DNA from: a virus
Lineage: Duplodnaviria; Caudoviricetes
Virus record (IMG/VR): IMGVR_UViG_2974702911_000001
Location: 12,076 to 76,075 of that record
Length of the DNA stretch: 64,000 bases
Reading direction: 5' to 3' (one strand)
The notes beneath the pieces are model-generated. The model did no database searches, was not told the DNA's origin, and saw nothing but the letters and a program-made list of their open reading frames with translations. This document shows, in pieces, positions 28,584 to 37,593 of this stretch. Position numbers and translations under genes: made by a program. Position 1 is the first letter of the stretch. Each line of letters starts with the position of its first letter.

Positions 28584-28738
28584 TTCGCTTTAAGGTTCTC
28601 GGCTACACCATTGCGTCGGTCGAGTTTGAGATTCCCGAGTCCGTTGTTGAGCCGGAAGAGGCCCAGCCGGTCACCAAGCTCGCGCAACGCCTCGTTAAGG
28701 GCGTTAGCCGTCTGTGGGTTAAGGGGATGGCGGCGTGA
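28580..28738 (+). CDS. Hypothetical protein (52 aa)
   Basis: GTGA overlaps at both ends. Confidence 0.6.
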   Translation: MIRFKVLGYTIASVEFEIPESVVEPEEAQPVTKLAQRLVKGVSRLWVKGMAA

Positions 28739-28971
28739 GCGGTTTTGAGGGCGTAAAGAAGCGCACCGAGGAACAAGGCCGCATCGTCATCACCCTTGAG
28801 TACGACGTGTCCAAGTCGTACTGGAAGCAATACGCGGAGAGCCGCAAAGCCACTATCACTGATGCAGTCGATTGCCTGCGGCTGAACGTTCAGGATTACG
28901 AGGCTGGCGAGCTTTCCCTAGAGGAATTAATCGACGGCGCTAGCGAGATAAGCGTTACCGCCACTAAGTAA
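28735..28971 (+). CDS. Hypothetical protein
   Basis: ORF in operon. Confidence 0.65.
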   Translation: MSGFEGVKKRTEEQGRIVITLEYDVSKSYWKQYAESRKATITDAVDCLRLNVQDYEAGELSLEELIDGASEISVTATK

Positions 28972-28982
28972 GAAAGACGACG

Positions 28983-30422
28983 ATGACCACATTCCTACGC
29001 AGCCTGCAAGAGCAGTTCAACCACACCACGACGGAGAACGGCGCTCTGGCCCATAAGAGCAGCTTTGATCCGGTGGTGGATTACTTCGGACTGGCGGGCG
29101 CTATGCGTAACCGGGCTGAGGCTTCGGCTGACCTGTTTGAGACGGCGTTCCGCTCGGACGTGCAGGCCGCGATCCGGACCCTGTTCTATCTGCGCGATGT
29201 GCGCGGCGGTCAGGGCGAGCGCGATGTGTTCCGCGCGGGCCTTAAGCGGCTCGTCGGCCTTAGCCCCGTTAAGGCTGGCCGGGTGTTGCAGCACGTCCCG
29301 TTCTATGGGCGCTGGGACGATCTGCTGATTGAGGGTGTGTTCCAGCACCCGGAGGTCCAGAAGATCATCCTTAACCAGTGGACGGCTGACGTTGCGGCGT
29401 ACGAGCGCGGCGAGGGCGTGTCGCTGATGGCTAAGTGGCTCCCGTCCGACAAGGCGGCGAACAAGGAACTGGCTATCGCGGTCCGTAAGTCGTTGGGCTT
29501 GTCGCAGCGCGAGTACCGCCAGACCCTTAGCGCGCTTAGGTCGCGGATCGGCCTGCTTGAGCAGTCCATGTCCCGGAACGATTGGGATATCGACTATGGC
29601 AAGCTCCCGGCGCAGGCGCACCGTAAGCACGTCAAGGCGTTCCGTCGTCACGCGGAGGGTGAGTACCAGGCGTACTTGGATGCCGTCGAGCGCGGCGAAG
29701 CCAAGATCAACACGTCCACGCTGTACCCGCATGAGCTTTACGACATGGCGACCCGTTATGGCGGCGACCGTAAGGCCGCTGACGTGATGTGGAACAACCT
29801 GCCGGATTACACGCGGGGTACGGAGGCCATCGTCATGGCTGACGTGTCGGGGTCCATGCACCAGTCGTGGAGCCAGGGCGCTAACCCAATCGCGGTGTCG
29901 GTGTCGCTGGCGCTGTACTTCGCGGAGCGGAACCAGGGCGACTACGCGGGGTACTTCATGACCTTTGCGTCCACTCCGGCGCTCATGAAGGTGCCTTCCG
30001 GGGACCTGAGCGCCCGTCTGAGCGCCATTGAGAACTCTACGGGGTGGATGGGTAGCACGGACGTTGGAAAGGCGTTTGACGCGATCCTGGCGGCTGGCGT
30101 GAAGTCAGGCACTGTCCCGGCGACTCTCTACATCATTTCGGACATGCAGTTCGACCAAGCGATTGACGACGGAAACGATACGACGTTCCAGACGGCTAAG
30201 CGGAAGTTCGCGGCTGCCGGGCTGGAATTGCCGCACGTCGTGTTCTGGAACGTTGACGCTCGGAACGACCAGCTTCCGGCGACGATCTTGGACGGCCAGG
30301 TCACCTTGGTTTCCGGGTTCTCGCCCACGGTGTTCGGGATGGCGGTAGAGGGCAAGACTCCGCGCGAGCTTGTGGACTCCGTTATCAACGGTGAGCGCTA
30401 CGAGCGGATTAATCCGTTCTAA
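28983..30422 (+). CDS. DUF2828/TROVE(Ro60)-like protein with C-terminal vWA domain
   Basis: TENGA, FYLRDVRGGQGER, GRWDDL, AKWLPS helical part; DVSGSM MIDAS, GSTD and IISDMQFD vWA motifs. Confidence 0.88.
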   Translation: MTTFLRSLQEQFNHTTTENGALAHKSSFDPVVDYFGLAGAMRNRAEASADLFETAFRSDVQAAIRTLFYLRDVRGGQGERDVFRAGLKRLVGLSPVKAGRVLQHVPFYGRWDDLLIEGVFQHPEVQKIILNQWTADVAAYERGEGVSLMAKWLPSDKAANKELAIAVRKSLGLSQREYRQTLSALRSRIGLLEQSMSRNDWDIDYGKLPAQAHRKHVKAFRRHAEGEYQAYLDAVERGEAKINTSTLYPHELYDMATRYGGDRKAADVMWNNLPDYTRGTEAIVMADVSGSMHQSWSQGANPIAVSVSLALYFAERNQGDYAGYFMTFASTPALMKVPSGDLSARLSAIENSTGWMGSTDVGKAFDAILAAGVKSGTVPATLYIISDMQFDQAIDDGNDTTFQTAKRKFAAAGLELPHVVFWNVDARNDQLPATILDGQVTLVSGFSPTVFGMAVEGKTPRELVDSVINGERYERINPF

Positions 30423-30463
30423 AAATTCCATAGTTGCGGGCTAGGCCGTAAGCTATGCGATAG

Positions 30464-30722
30464 GTGGACACAGACAGCAATTACTTTGTTTGCATACAAC
30501 AGAGAAACGTGTCCAGTAATGCTTGTGGACCCCCACAGCAATTAACAACTCACAGGAAAAACTGCGGGTCGCGGGTTCAAATCCCGCCACCGGGCCATAA
30601 ACCCGGTGTAGCTCAGTGGTAGAGCAGCGGTCGAAGTTAACAAACGGGGTCCAGTTAAAGCGGTTGTGGACGGTAACAGCAACCTAAAACTTTCACTGCT
30701 AATGAAATCAAATTCCGTCCAG
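30464..30722 (+). ncRNA. Array of three Y-RNA-like stem units; the central unit is a circularly permuted tRNA mimic (YrlA-like)
   Basis: Three GTGGAC..ACAGCAA..GTCCAGT units; T arm, acceptor hairpin with CCA loop, D arm and GGTCGAAG in unit 2. Confidence 0.8.
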
Positions 30723-30739
30723 TTCTACCGCGCTTAGAT

Positions 30740-30771
30740 GCCGACCGTCCTCCGGGACTGGTCGGCTTTTT
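30740..30771 (+). terminator. Intrinsic terminator after the ncRNA array
   Basis: gccgacc/ggtcggc stem + T5. Confidence 0.8.
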
Positions 30772-30795
30772 GCTGCCCAAACTAAGGGAGACACC

Positions 30796-31137
30796 ATGAG
30801 AAAGATCATTGGCGGCGCGCTGGTCGCTGCGGTCGCGCTGGCGCTGCCCGCGTGCGCCACGCAAAACCAGCACTGGGAGAACAACTGCAAGGTCACGTCC
30901 AAGGACACCATTTACGACAAGGATTCCGAGGGCGGCGTTAAGCGCGTTAAGCGGGTTAGCACGACGTGCGGCGCGTTTAACGTGGAGGACGCCTGGGAGG
31001 CCGGGTCCTTCAACAGCTACGACCTGTGGGCCAAGCTGGAAGAGGGCAAGGTCTACGACCTCAAAGTTGGCGGCATCCGCAACGGCTTCTTTTCCATGTT
31101 CCAGACGGTGCTTGAGGTCAAGGGTCCGAATGGCTAG
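30796..31137 (+). CDS. Secreted/lipoprotein
   Basis: Signal peptide with LPAC lipobox; RBS aaggga. Confidence 0.75.
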   Translation: MRKIIGGALVAAVALALPACATQNQHWENNCKVTSKDTIYDKDSEGGVKRVKRVSTTCGAFNVEDAWEAGSFNSYDLWAKLEEGKVYDLKVGGIRNGFFSMFQTVLEVKGPNG

Positions 31138-31447
31138 CCGGATCGTTCGGGAGGCCATCGCTAAGTACGCGGAGGCGAAGGGCCAGGACACCGGGCTAGA
31201 TACGTTCTACCCGGTGCCTAACCGCGCGATGAAGCGGGCGTTCACCTTCGGAGGCAAGAAAACCCTGATCCCTAGCGGTAACGGGGTGCCTGCGGTGCTG
31301 ATGCGCGAGGGCCGGTCGCGGATTACGAGGGGTACCTCGCGGCCTAAGCCTCGCGGCAAGGTGCTAACGGACGGCCTTAAGCCGATCTTCGTTGACGAGC
31401 ACGGCGAGGTCGTGGACATGGCGAAGTTCTACGAGGCGGCGGCGTGA
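31130..31447 (+). CDS. Hypothetical protein
   Basis: ATG overlapping the previous gene end. Confidence 0.6.
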   Translation: MASRIVREAIAKYAEAKGQDTGLDTFYPVPNRAMKRAFTFGGKKTLIPSGNGVPAVLMREGRSRITRGTSRPKPRGKVLTDGLKPIFVDEHGEVVDMAKFYEAAA

Positions 31448-31596
31448 TCGAAGAGGCGTTGCTTACGACGGCGGTCATGCTGCTGATCATTCTGTGGCTT
31501 TTCGTGCCCTGGTATGTGATCGCGGCTATCGCGGTCGCGTTCGGCGCGGGTTTCGTCTACGGGGGAGGGACGTATGAGTTTCCGCGTAGAGGTTAA
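31444..31596 (+). CDS. Small membrane protein
   Basis: GTGA overlap; two hydrophobic segments. Confidence 0.55.
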   Translation: MIEEALLTTAVMLLIILWLFVPWYVIAAIAVAFGAGFVYGGGTYEFPRRG

Positions 31597-31750
31597 GTGC
31601 GCTAAGGGCGAGCCGCGAATCATGGTCACCGACCGTGAGCCGGTCGTCGGAAAGATCGGAACGTTAACCGTCCTTAAGGACTCGTCGTACGTGGTGTACG
31701 GGCCGGGTTATTGGCAGAGCTACAGCGTGGAGGAACACAATGGAACCTAA
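31574..31750 (+). CDS. Hypothetical protein (58 aa)
   Basis: RBS ggaggg. Confidence 0.6.
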   Translation: MSFRVEVKCAKGEPRIMVTDREPVVGKIGTLTVLKDSSYVVYGPGYWQSYSVEEHNGT

Positions 31751-31931
31751 GCACCCGATTGGCACCGTGCTCTACAAGCGGTTCCCCGACGTTGGCCCGG
31801 ACGCGTTCGACGTGTTCGTGATGACGCATTACGGGTGGGTCGCGGTTGACCAGTACGGCATTCAGACCGGCCAGTTCCCGCAGTTCGACGCGGAGACGGT
31901 CAACATCACGCCGAAGGTTAGCGAGGCGTAA
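31740..31931 (+). CDS. Hypothetical protein
   Basis: RBS ggagga. Confidence 0.6.
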   Translation: MEPKHPIGTVLYKRFPDVGPDAFDVFVMTHYGWVAVDQYGIQTGQFPQFDAETVNITPKVSEA

Positions 31932-32908
31932 TCACCGACTATCAAGTAAAGCGAGACTACTGGGATAGGCCAATCGTCTGGCCCGAAGGGGAGACGGACC
32001 TATCCGGGGAGTGGAAAGACGGGAGGGGGCGCGATGGCAAGCCAAAGCGATGGTTCCGGCCAAGGTCCAAAGGCGCTAAGGGCTATAGCCGCGCGTCAGG
32101 TGCCGGGAAGGGGCTTGACTCCAAAGACGGCCTTGTCGATTGGGCAGCCTGTCAAGCAGCCGTTGGAATCATGTTGGATGCCTCCGCGCGCTCAGAGGTC
32201 ACAACGCTTATCAACGAGTACGAAGCCGACCCTTGGAACAAAGGGGACGACGGAGGTACCCGCTCCGGTAAGCAGCGGCTTAAGGACGCAGTTGAGCAAG
32301 CGCGTAACACTGCGGGTCAGCACACTGCTGCTTCTGCTGGGACTGAGTTCCATAAGCTCGGCGAGCTACGCAATAAAGGTAAGAAACCGCATGTCGTCCA
32401 AGAGCACCTAAAGGAACCGCTCTCTAAGTACGACGCGGCGGTTGAGCCGATTGAATTCATTAGCCAGGAAATCCTTATCGTCAACGACGCTCTGGAACTG
32501 GCTGGCTCGGTCGATTACCTCATGGGCTTGCCTCCGGGGATCACCACGCCTGACGGGGTGTTCCACGAAAAGGAATTGGTTGTGGTTGGCGACCTTAAGA
32601 CGGGTCGCTGGGACGCGCGGTATCCGCTTAGCGTGACGTGCCAATTGTGCGCCTACGGGACCGGTGTGCGTTATGACCAGGAGACGAACACTCGCTCTCC
32701 GCTGCATAACCAGATCAATACCAAGTGGGGCGTCATGGTGCATTTCCCGATCATGACTAAGGACCCGGAGGTTCGCTTCTATTGGGTGGACTTGGAAATG
32801 GGCCTTAAGGCGTCTCTGCTCGCTAAAGAGGTTCAGGCTATGCGTAACCAGTTCAACTCAAAGGACGCGCAGCTTACGGAATTGGATTTGAGCAAGTATC
32901 AATGGTGA
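31931..32908 (+). CDS. Cas4/RecE-like PD-(D/E)XK exonuclease; true start probably non-canonical near 31931
   Basis: AGSVD, GDLKTG, QLCAY motifs; frame open from 31922 and encodes RDYWDRP..YSR..GLVDW N-terminal motif; first ATG only at 32168/32171. Confidence 0.8.
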   Translation: MTDYQVKRDYWDRPIVWPEGETDLSGEWKDGRGRDGKPKRWFRPRSKGAKGYSRASGAGKGLDSKDGLVDWAACQAAVGIMLDASARSEVTTLINEYEADPWNKGDDGGTRSGKQRLKDAVEQARNTAGQHTAASAGTEFHKLGELRNKGKKPHVVQEHLKEPLSKYDAAVEPIEFISQEILIVNDALELAGSVDYLMGLPPGITTPDGVFHEKELVVVGDLKTGRWDARYPLSVTCQLCAYGTGVRYDQETNTRSPLHNQINTKWGVMVHFPIMTKDPEVRFYWVDLEMGLKASLLAKEVQAMRNQFNSKDAQLTELDLSKYQW

Positions 32909-33687
32909 ACGGAGAGCAATTGAGTGAAGAGTCCGTAAAGGCTGCGCCTAAGAAGTTCACGCTGGCTGAGGCTGAGGCCCAGATCGGTGACCTGACGGCG
33001 CTAGTGGAGGACATTCAGGCGCGCGGCGGTACCGGCGACAAGCCGACTGTCTTTGAGTCGTGGAACCGGGTAATGCGCGACGTGCAGGCGATCCGCAAAG
33101 ACTCGTACAACTCGGGTCAGAAGTTCAACTTCCGTGGCATTGACGCGGTGATGAACGCGGTTGGCCCGGCGCTGCGCGAGCATGGCGTTACGGTCGTCCC
33201 CCGCGCGCTTAGCGCAGAAGCGGAGCGTTACCAGACCGCTAAGGGCGGTCAGATGTGTAACCGCACCGTGGAAATGGGCTTCCGGGTGTTCGGCCCGGCT
33301 GGCGACTACTTCGACGGCACGGCGTACGGCGAGGCTGCCGACTCGGGCGATAAGTCGATGACCAAGGCTGAGTCGGTCGCGCTTAGGACGTTCCTGCTGC
33401 AATCGCTGATGATCCCGACTGACGATCCGGACCCTGATGCTGAGTCGCATGAGCGGGCCACTCCGGCTACCGCTGCACGCTTGCAGGCTCCGGTTCCGGT
33501 GGGTAACGCGGACTCCGCTAAGGCTCGCGCTGAGCTTAAGGAACTGGCCGGGCAGAAGGGCTGGGACCTGAACGCGATTGCCGACAAGTTCGCAGCCGAC
33601 AACAACGGCAAGTTGCTTAAGGACGCGACCGGCGAAGAGGTCACGGCCTATAAGAACCTTCTAGAGACAGGGGCGGTAACCGTCTAA
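32902..33687 (+). CDS. ERF-family single-strand annealing protein
   Basis: FNFRGIDAV, GEAADSGDKSMTKA, DDPDPD motifs. Confidence 0.88.
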   Translation: MVNGEQLSEESVKAAPKKFTLAEAEAQIGDLTALVEDIQARGGTGDKPTVFESWNRVMRDVQAIRKDSYNSGQKFNFRGIDAVMNAVGPALREHGVTVVPRALSAEAERYQTAKGGQMCNRTVEMGFRVFGPAGDYFDGTAYGEAADSGDKSMTKAESVALRTFLLQSLMIPTDDPDPDAESHERATPATAARLQAPVPVGNADSAKARAELKELAGQKGWDLNAIADKFAADNNGKLLKDATGEEVTAYKNLLETGAVTV

Positions 33688-33959
33688 TGCTTAACAACAC
33701 GATTGCGGGTGTGCCGGTTGGCCTCGTTGAGGCTCCGGCGCACCTGTTCGTGCCCTGCGAGCAGTGCTTTGAGAAAGAGGCTGAGTTCGCAGTCGGGCAC
33801 TCGGATCACAAGCTGGTGTGTGAATCCTGCTTGGACTGGGGCGACTCGCGCCGCTGGTGGCATCTTGAGCCACGTCAGGCGCTCCGGGGGAGCGGGGCTA
33901 TCGGCCTGCACCACGACGCGGAGCACGACGCTTACACGTATTGGGTGTGGGCCGCGTGA
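33687..33959 (+). CDS. Hypothetical zinc-binding protein
   Basis: CxxC...CxxC. Confidence 0.6.
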   Translation: MLNNTIAGVPVGLVEAPAHLFVPCEQCFEKEAEFAVGHSDHKLVCESCLDWGDSRRWWHLEPRQALRGSGAIGLHHDAEHDAYTYWVWAA

Positions 33960-34267
33960 GCTTCCCACCTGTACTGCCTAACGCTAAGGGTGCGCCGGTC
34001 CTGTGGGACCCGCGCCAGCTTATTTCCTCGTTTGAGGACGGTAACGAACACGGCTGGCATGAGGAACTGCAATTCCTGTGGTTTGACGACCGTGAGCGGA
34101 CCATGAAGCTACTGGACGAGGTTGGCGACGTGGGCCGGATCATGGAGCCGGTCACCGTGGGTCACGACCGCCGCGTGTGGGACGGCCATCACCGGATCGC
34201 TGTAGCGCTGGCGCTTAGCTTGCCGGTTCCTGTTGTGTTCGCGGAAGAACAGGAGCCTAGTGAGTGA
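33956..34267 (+). CDS. ParB-like nuclease domain protein
   Basis: VWDGHHR motif. Confidence 0.75.
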   Translation: MSFPPVLPNAKGAPVLWDPRQLISSFEDGNEHGWHEELQFLWFDDRERTMKLLDEVGDVGRIMEPVTVGHDRRVWDGHHRIAVALALSLPVPVVFAEEQEPSE

Positions 34268-34631
34268 GCCAACCCACGAATACAACCCGGTAAGCATTGA
34301 GCAGGAAATCCTAGCGACGGTTAACGAACTGTCGAAGGGGATTGTCACCGCGCGTGACGCGCATGAGGCGGCGCTGGCTGCGGAGCGTGCCTACAAGCGC
34401 GCTTACGCGAAGGCGTTCATGGAACACAAGGGTCCGCAGACCGAAAAGAAGATCGCGGCCAACATTGTTCCTGAGGTTATGGACGCGGAGGATATGCGCG
34501 ACGTTACCGACGTTGCTTATTCCTACGCTAAGGACCTTAACAACACGCTCGGTAAGAAGTTGGACGCTATTCGCTCGGTGGGCGCTTCGGTGCGCCAGGC
34601 GTACGCGAACGCTGGCCGTGGCGAGTGGTGA
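34260..34631 (+). CDS. Hypothetical coiled-coil protein
   Basis: GTG start in operon. Confidence 0.65.
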   Translation: MSEPTHEYNPVSIEQEILATVNELSKGIVTARDAHEAALAAERAYKRAYAKAFMEHKGPQTEKKIAANIVPEVMDAEDMRDVTDVAYSYAKDLNNTLGKKLDAIRSVGASVRQAYANAGRGEW

Positions 34632-34950
34632 GGCGTACTGCCGTCGTGTCCTAAAGGACCGCTCTGGGGGCTTCTGCGAGCGATGCACACGCTGGGGACA
34701 CCTAACCCTGCATCACCGCAAGAAACGCTCTCAGGGCGGTCTCTGGACGCCTGATAACTGCGTGCTCCTGTGCGGCCACGGTACGACCGGCTGTCACGGA
34801 TGGATTGAGCATCACCCGGACCGCGCTGAGGCGCAGGGCTGGCATGTGCGTCCTTGGCAGGAACCGTCTGAGGTCCCGGTGCTGTGGCGCGGAAACGAAT
34901 GGTCACTTTTAACCCCCGAAGGAACAATCAATGAGTATCACGTTGGATGA
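34618..34950 (+). CDS. HNH endonuclease
   Basis: CERC...HHRK..SQGG...N...C..GCH motif. Confidence 0.8.
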   Translation: MASGEAYCRRVLKDRSGGFCERCTRWGHLTLHHRKKRSQGGLWTPDNCVLLCGHGTTGCHGWIEHHPDRAEAQGWHVRPWQEPSEVPVLWRGNEWSLLTPEGTINEYHVG

Positions 34951-35392
34951 TGCGCGCGCTGATCTGTCGGACAAGATCGAAGAGGGCACCGACTGCCCTT
35001 GCTGCGGTCAGTTCGCCAAGGTCTACCGGGTTAAGTTCCCGGCTACTGCGGTCAAGCTGATGATCGAAATGCTTAAGCAGCACCGCCAGGGCGTGCAGTG
35101 GGTCCACGCTCCTACCGCTGGTCCTCCCGGAGGTAACCCGGTTAAGGCGCGGCACTGGGGGCTGATTGAGCCTATGCCGGATGCGGTGCGCGAGGACGGC
35201 TCTAAGCGCGTCGGCCTGTGGCGGCTTACGACGAACGGTTATGCGTTCGTGCGCGGCATGTTGAACGTGCCTAAGTACGCCAACCTGTTCAACAACGAGT
35301 GCCTGGGGCTGGACGCGAGCGAGGGCTACGTGTCTGCCGAAGAGGCGCTTGGTCACAACTTCAACTACCGGGAGCTAATGGCGGGTGTCTGA
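34931..35392 (+). CDS. Hypothetical protein (zinc finger + winged helix-like)
   Basis: CPCCGQ; HWGLIE motif. Confidence 0.65.
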   Translation: MSITLDDARADLSDKIEEGTDCPCCGQFAKVYRVKFPATAVKLMIEMLKQHRQGVQWVHAPTAGPPGGNPVKARHWGLIEPMPDAVREDGSKRVGLWRLTTNGYAFVRGMLNVPKYANLFNNECLGLDASEGYVSAEEALGHNFNYRELMAGV

Positions 35393-36065
35393 CTTCGGCA
35401 GGATTGACCGGAAGTTCTGGGATCATCCCAAAGCTAAGCAAGCCGGTAACGCTGCTCTAGGTCTGTGGGCTAAGGCGAACTCCTGGTGCCGGGATAACCG
35501 GTCCGGGGGGTTCGTCCCCCGCGAGGTCGTGCTAGAGCTTGGCACTCGGGACGAGGCAAACGCGCTCGTCACCGCGCGCCTCTGGAAGAGGGTCGATAAG
35601 GACGGCGCGTTTATCGGCGTGCAGTTCAACGATTACGACCATTGGAACGACGACGTTGAGCCAAACACCGTCGCGGGCGATTTAGTCCGCAGGGTCATTC
35701 CGGAATCCCAGCCGCTAAGCATCCGTAAGCAGTTGGTCAAAAAGACTGCGGAAATGCTGCGGGAGGGGATCGACGCGGAGATTTTGGAGCGCGCACTTAA
35801 CCTCTGGCTCGCTAAGGAATTCGGGCCGGGCATTCTGCCCAACCTCGTTAGTGAGGCGCAGAAAGAGGCGCAGCGCGCGGCCACGCTCCGCAACACCATT
35901 ACCAAGTGCCTTGAGACGGGGCAGGTCAGTCCGCTTAAGGCTTACGGCTACATCTTTACGCCTCCCGTACCTCCGGACGGTCTGGACGTGCAAGCGCGTC
36001 GGGCATGGATGGACGGCGCTAAGCGGGATTGGCTAAACGAACTGAGAGGACGGGTCGCAGCTTGA
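35385..36065 (+). CDS. Replication initiator-like protein
   Basis: SWC.DN...GFVP and NDY..WN motif of actinophage RepA-like N termini; directly upstream of DnaB. Confidence 0.65.
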   Translation: MSDFGRIDRKFWDHPKAKQAGNAALGLWAKANSWCRDNRSGGFVPREVVLELGTRDEANALVTARLWKRVDKDGAFIGVQFNDYDHWNDDVEPNTVAGDLVRRVIPESQPLSIRKQLVKKTAEMLREGIDAEILERALNLWLAKEFGPGILPNLVSEAQKEAQRAATLRNTITKCLETGQVSPLKAYGYIFTPPVPPDGLDVQARRAWMDGAKRDWLNELRGRVAA

Positions 36066-37327
36066 GCGAAGCTCAGCCACCGCAGGACGCTAACGCTGAA
36101 CAGTGCGTAATCGGGTCCATTCTCATGTCGGCTAAGGCTCTTAACGAGCTTTCGACGATGATTACGGCTGAGGATTTCTACCGGCCTATCCACGGCGAGA
36201 TTTTCGCTGCTGCGATGGGCCTGCTGGCTGCCGGTGAGCCGGTGGACGCGATGACGACCGCCAAAGAGCTTGAGTCGCGCGGCCAGCTTCGCAAGGTCGG
36301 CGGGGCACCGTACCTGCTGACCTGCCTTGAGGTCACACCTACGGCGACGAACGCTCGGGCGTACGCGCAAATGGTGCTGGACAAGGCGAAGCTCCGGCGC
36401 ATGGCTGAGCTTGGTAACAGGCTTAAGCAACTGGCCTACTCGGAGACGAGTAACAGCGAGGACGTGGCGGCGCTCCTGGGCGAGGGTGAGAAGTTCTTTC
36501 GGCAGGAGCATGAGCCGGATGACTCCGCGCTCAGCATGGGCAAGATGATTGAGTCCTGGGAGCACTGGCAGTCCACGGCTGAGGGCTATATCAAGACTCC
36601 GTGGGATGCCGTCAATGAGCGGCTGAACGGCGGTCTACAGCGTGGGCGGCTCTACACCATTGGTGCTAGGCCGGGCGTCGGTAAAAGTGTCGCAGCGTTG
36701 CAGATAGCGGCCAATTCGGCGTTCTGGGGCTTCCCTGCGGCGTTCTTTACGTTGGAAATGTCGTCGGATGAGGTCACGTCGCGTCTGGTGTCGTCCGGAT
36801 CAAGCGTGGATTTCGGGAAGATCATGCGTAAGAAGATCGACCTTGAGGACCGCGCGAAGATCGACAACTACCTAAAGCTGAACGACACCATGCCGCTACA
36901 GGTGGTTGACCGGGCGACGATCACCACGGAGCAGATCGTGGCGCATTGCCGGGCGGTCGGGAATCTGGACACGGTTGTTGTGGATTACCTGCAACTGATT
37001 AAGGCCAGTGATCCGAAGCTGTCGCGTGAGCAGCAAGTGGCGCACATGTCGCGGTCGCTAAAGATCGCGGCGCGTGAGCTTAACGTCGCAATGGTCGTGT
37101 GTTCGCAGCTAAACCGCGGTCCCCTTAAGGACGGTAAGACGCGCGCTCCGAATATCGGGGACCTACGCGAGTCGGGCGCGGTCGAACAGGACTCGGACGT
37201 GGTTCTGCTTTTGCACCATGACGAGGACGACCCCGGAATCATTCAAATGATTATCGGCAAGAACCGTAACGGGAGGATGGGCGATCTTGCGCTCAACTTT
37301 GAGGGCCACTATCAGCGGATCACATGA
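36062..37327 (+). CDS. dnaB: Replicative DNA helicase DnaB
   Basis: GARPGVGKS Walker A, VVVDYLQL, SQLNR, LRESGAVEQDSD. Confidence 0.96.
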   Translation: MSEAQPPQDANAEQCVIGSILMSAKALNELSTMITAEDFYRPIHGEIFAAAMGLLAAGEPVDAMTTAKELESRGQLRKVGGAPYLLTCLEVTPTATNARAYAQMVLDKAKLRRMAELGNRLKQLAYSETSNSEDVAALLGEGEKFFRQEHEPDDSALSMGKMIESWEHWQSTAEGYIKTPWDAVNERLNGGLQRGRLYTIGARPGVGKSVAALQIAANSAFWGFPAAFFTLEMSSDEVTSRLVSSGSSVDFGKIMRKKIDLEDRAKIDNYLKLNDTMPLQVVDRATITTEQIVAHCRAVGNLDTVVVDYLQLIKASDPKLSREQQVAHMSRSLKIAARELNVAMVVCSQLNRGPLKDGKTRAPNIGDLRESGAVEQDSDVVLLLHHDEDDPGIIQMIIGKNRNGRMGDLALNFEGHYQRIT

Positions 37328-37593
37328 GTAAAGAGATTGAGGCGCTTATGTCGCCTAAGCCTCTGCATTGGACCGAAGAGGCGCTTTGTCATGATGACCG
37401 GCGCTTTACCGGGCGCTATGAGGACATGGGTCCGCAGGACTGGACTGAAATGGCCGCTAAGTGTTTCGACTGCCCGGTGATAAAGCAGTGCGCGGACTGG
37501 GCTTACCGCGAGCAAGTAACCGATGTGTTCGCAGCGGGGTATTGGAGGAACCTAAATGAGCAGGGGAAAAGCGCCGGAGACGGCGGCGACTGA
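37324..37593 (+). CDS. whiB: WhiB-like protein (divergent)
   Basis: ALC...C.DCPVIKQC Cys pattern. Confidence 0.65.
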   Translation: MSKEIEALMSPKPLHWTEEALCHDDRRFTGRYEDMGPQDWTEMAAKCFDCPVIKQCADWAYREQVTDVFAAGYWRNLNEQGKSAGDGGD

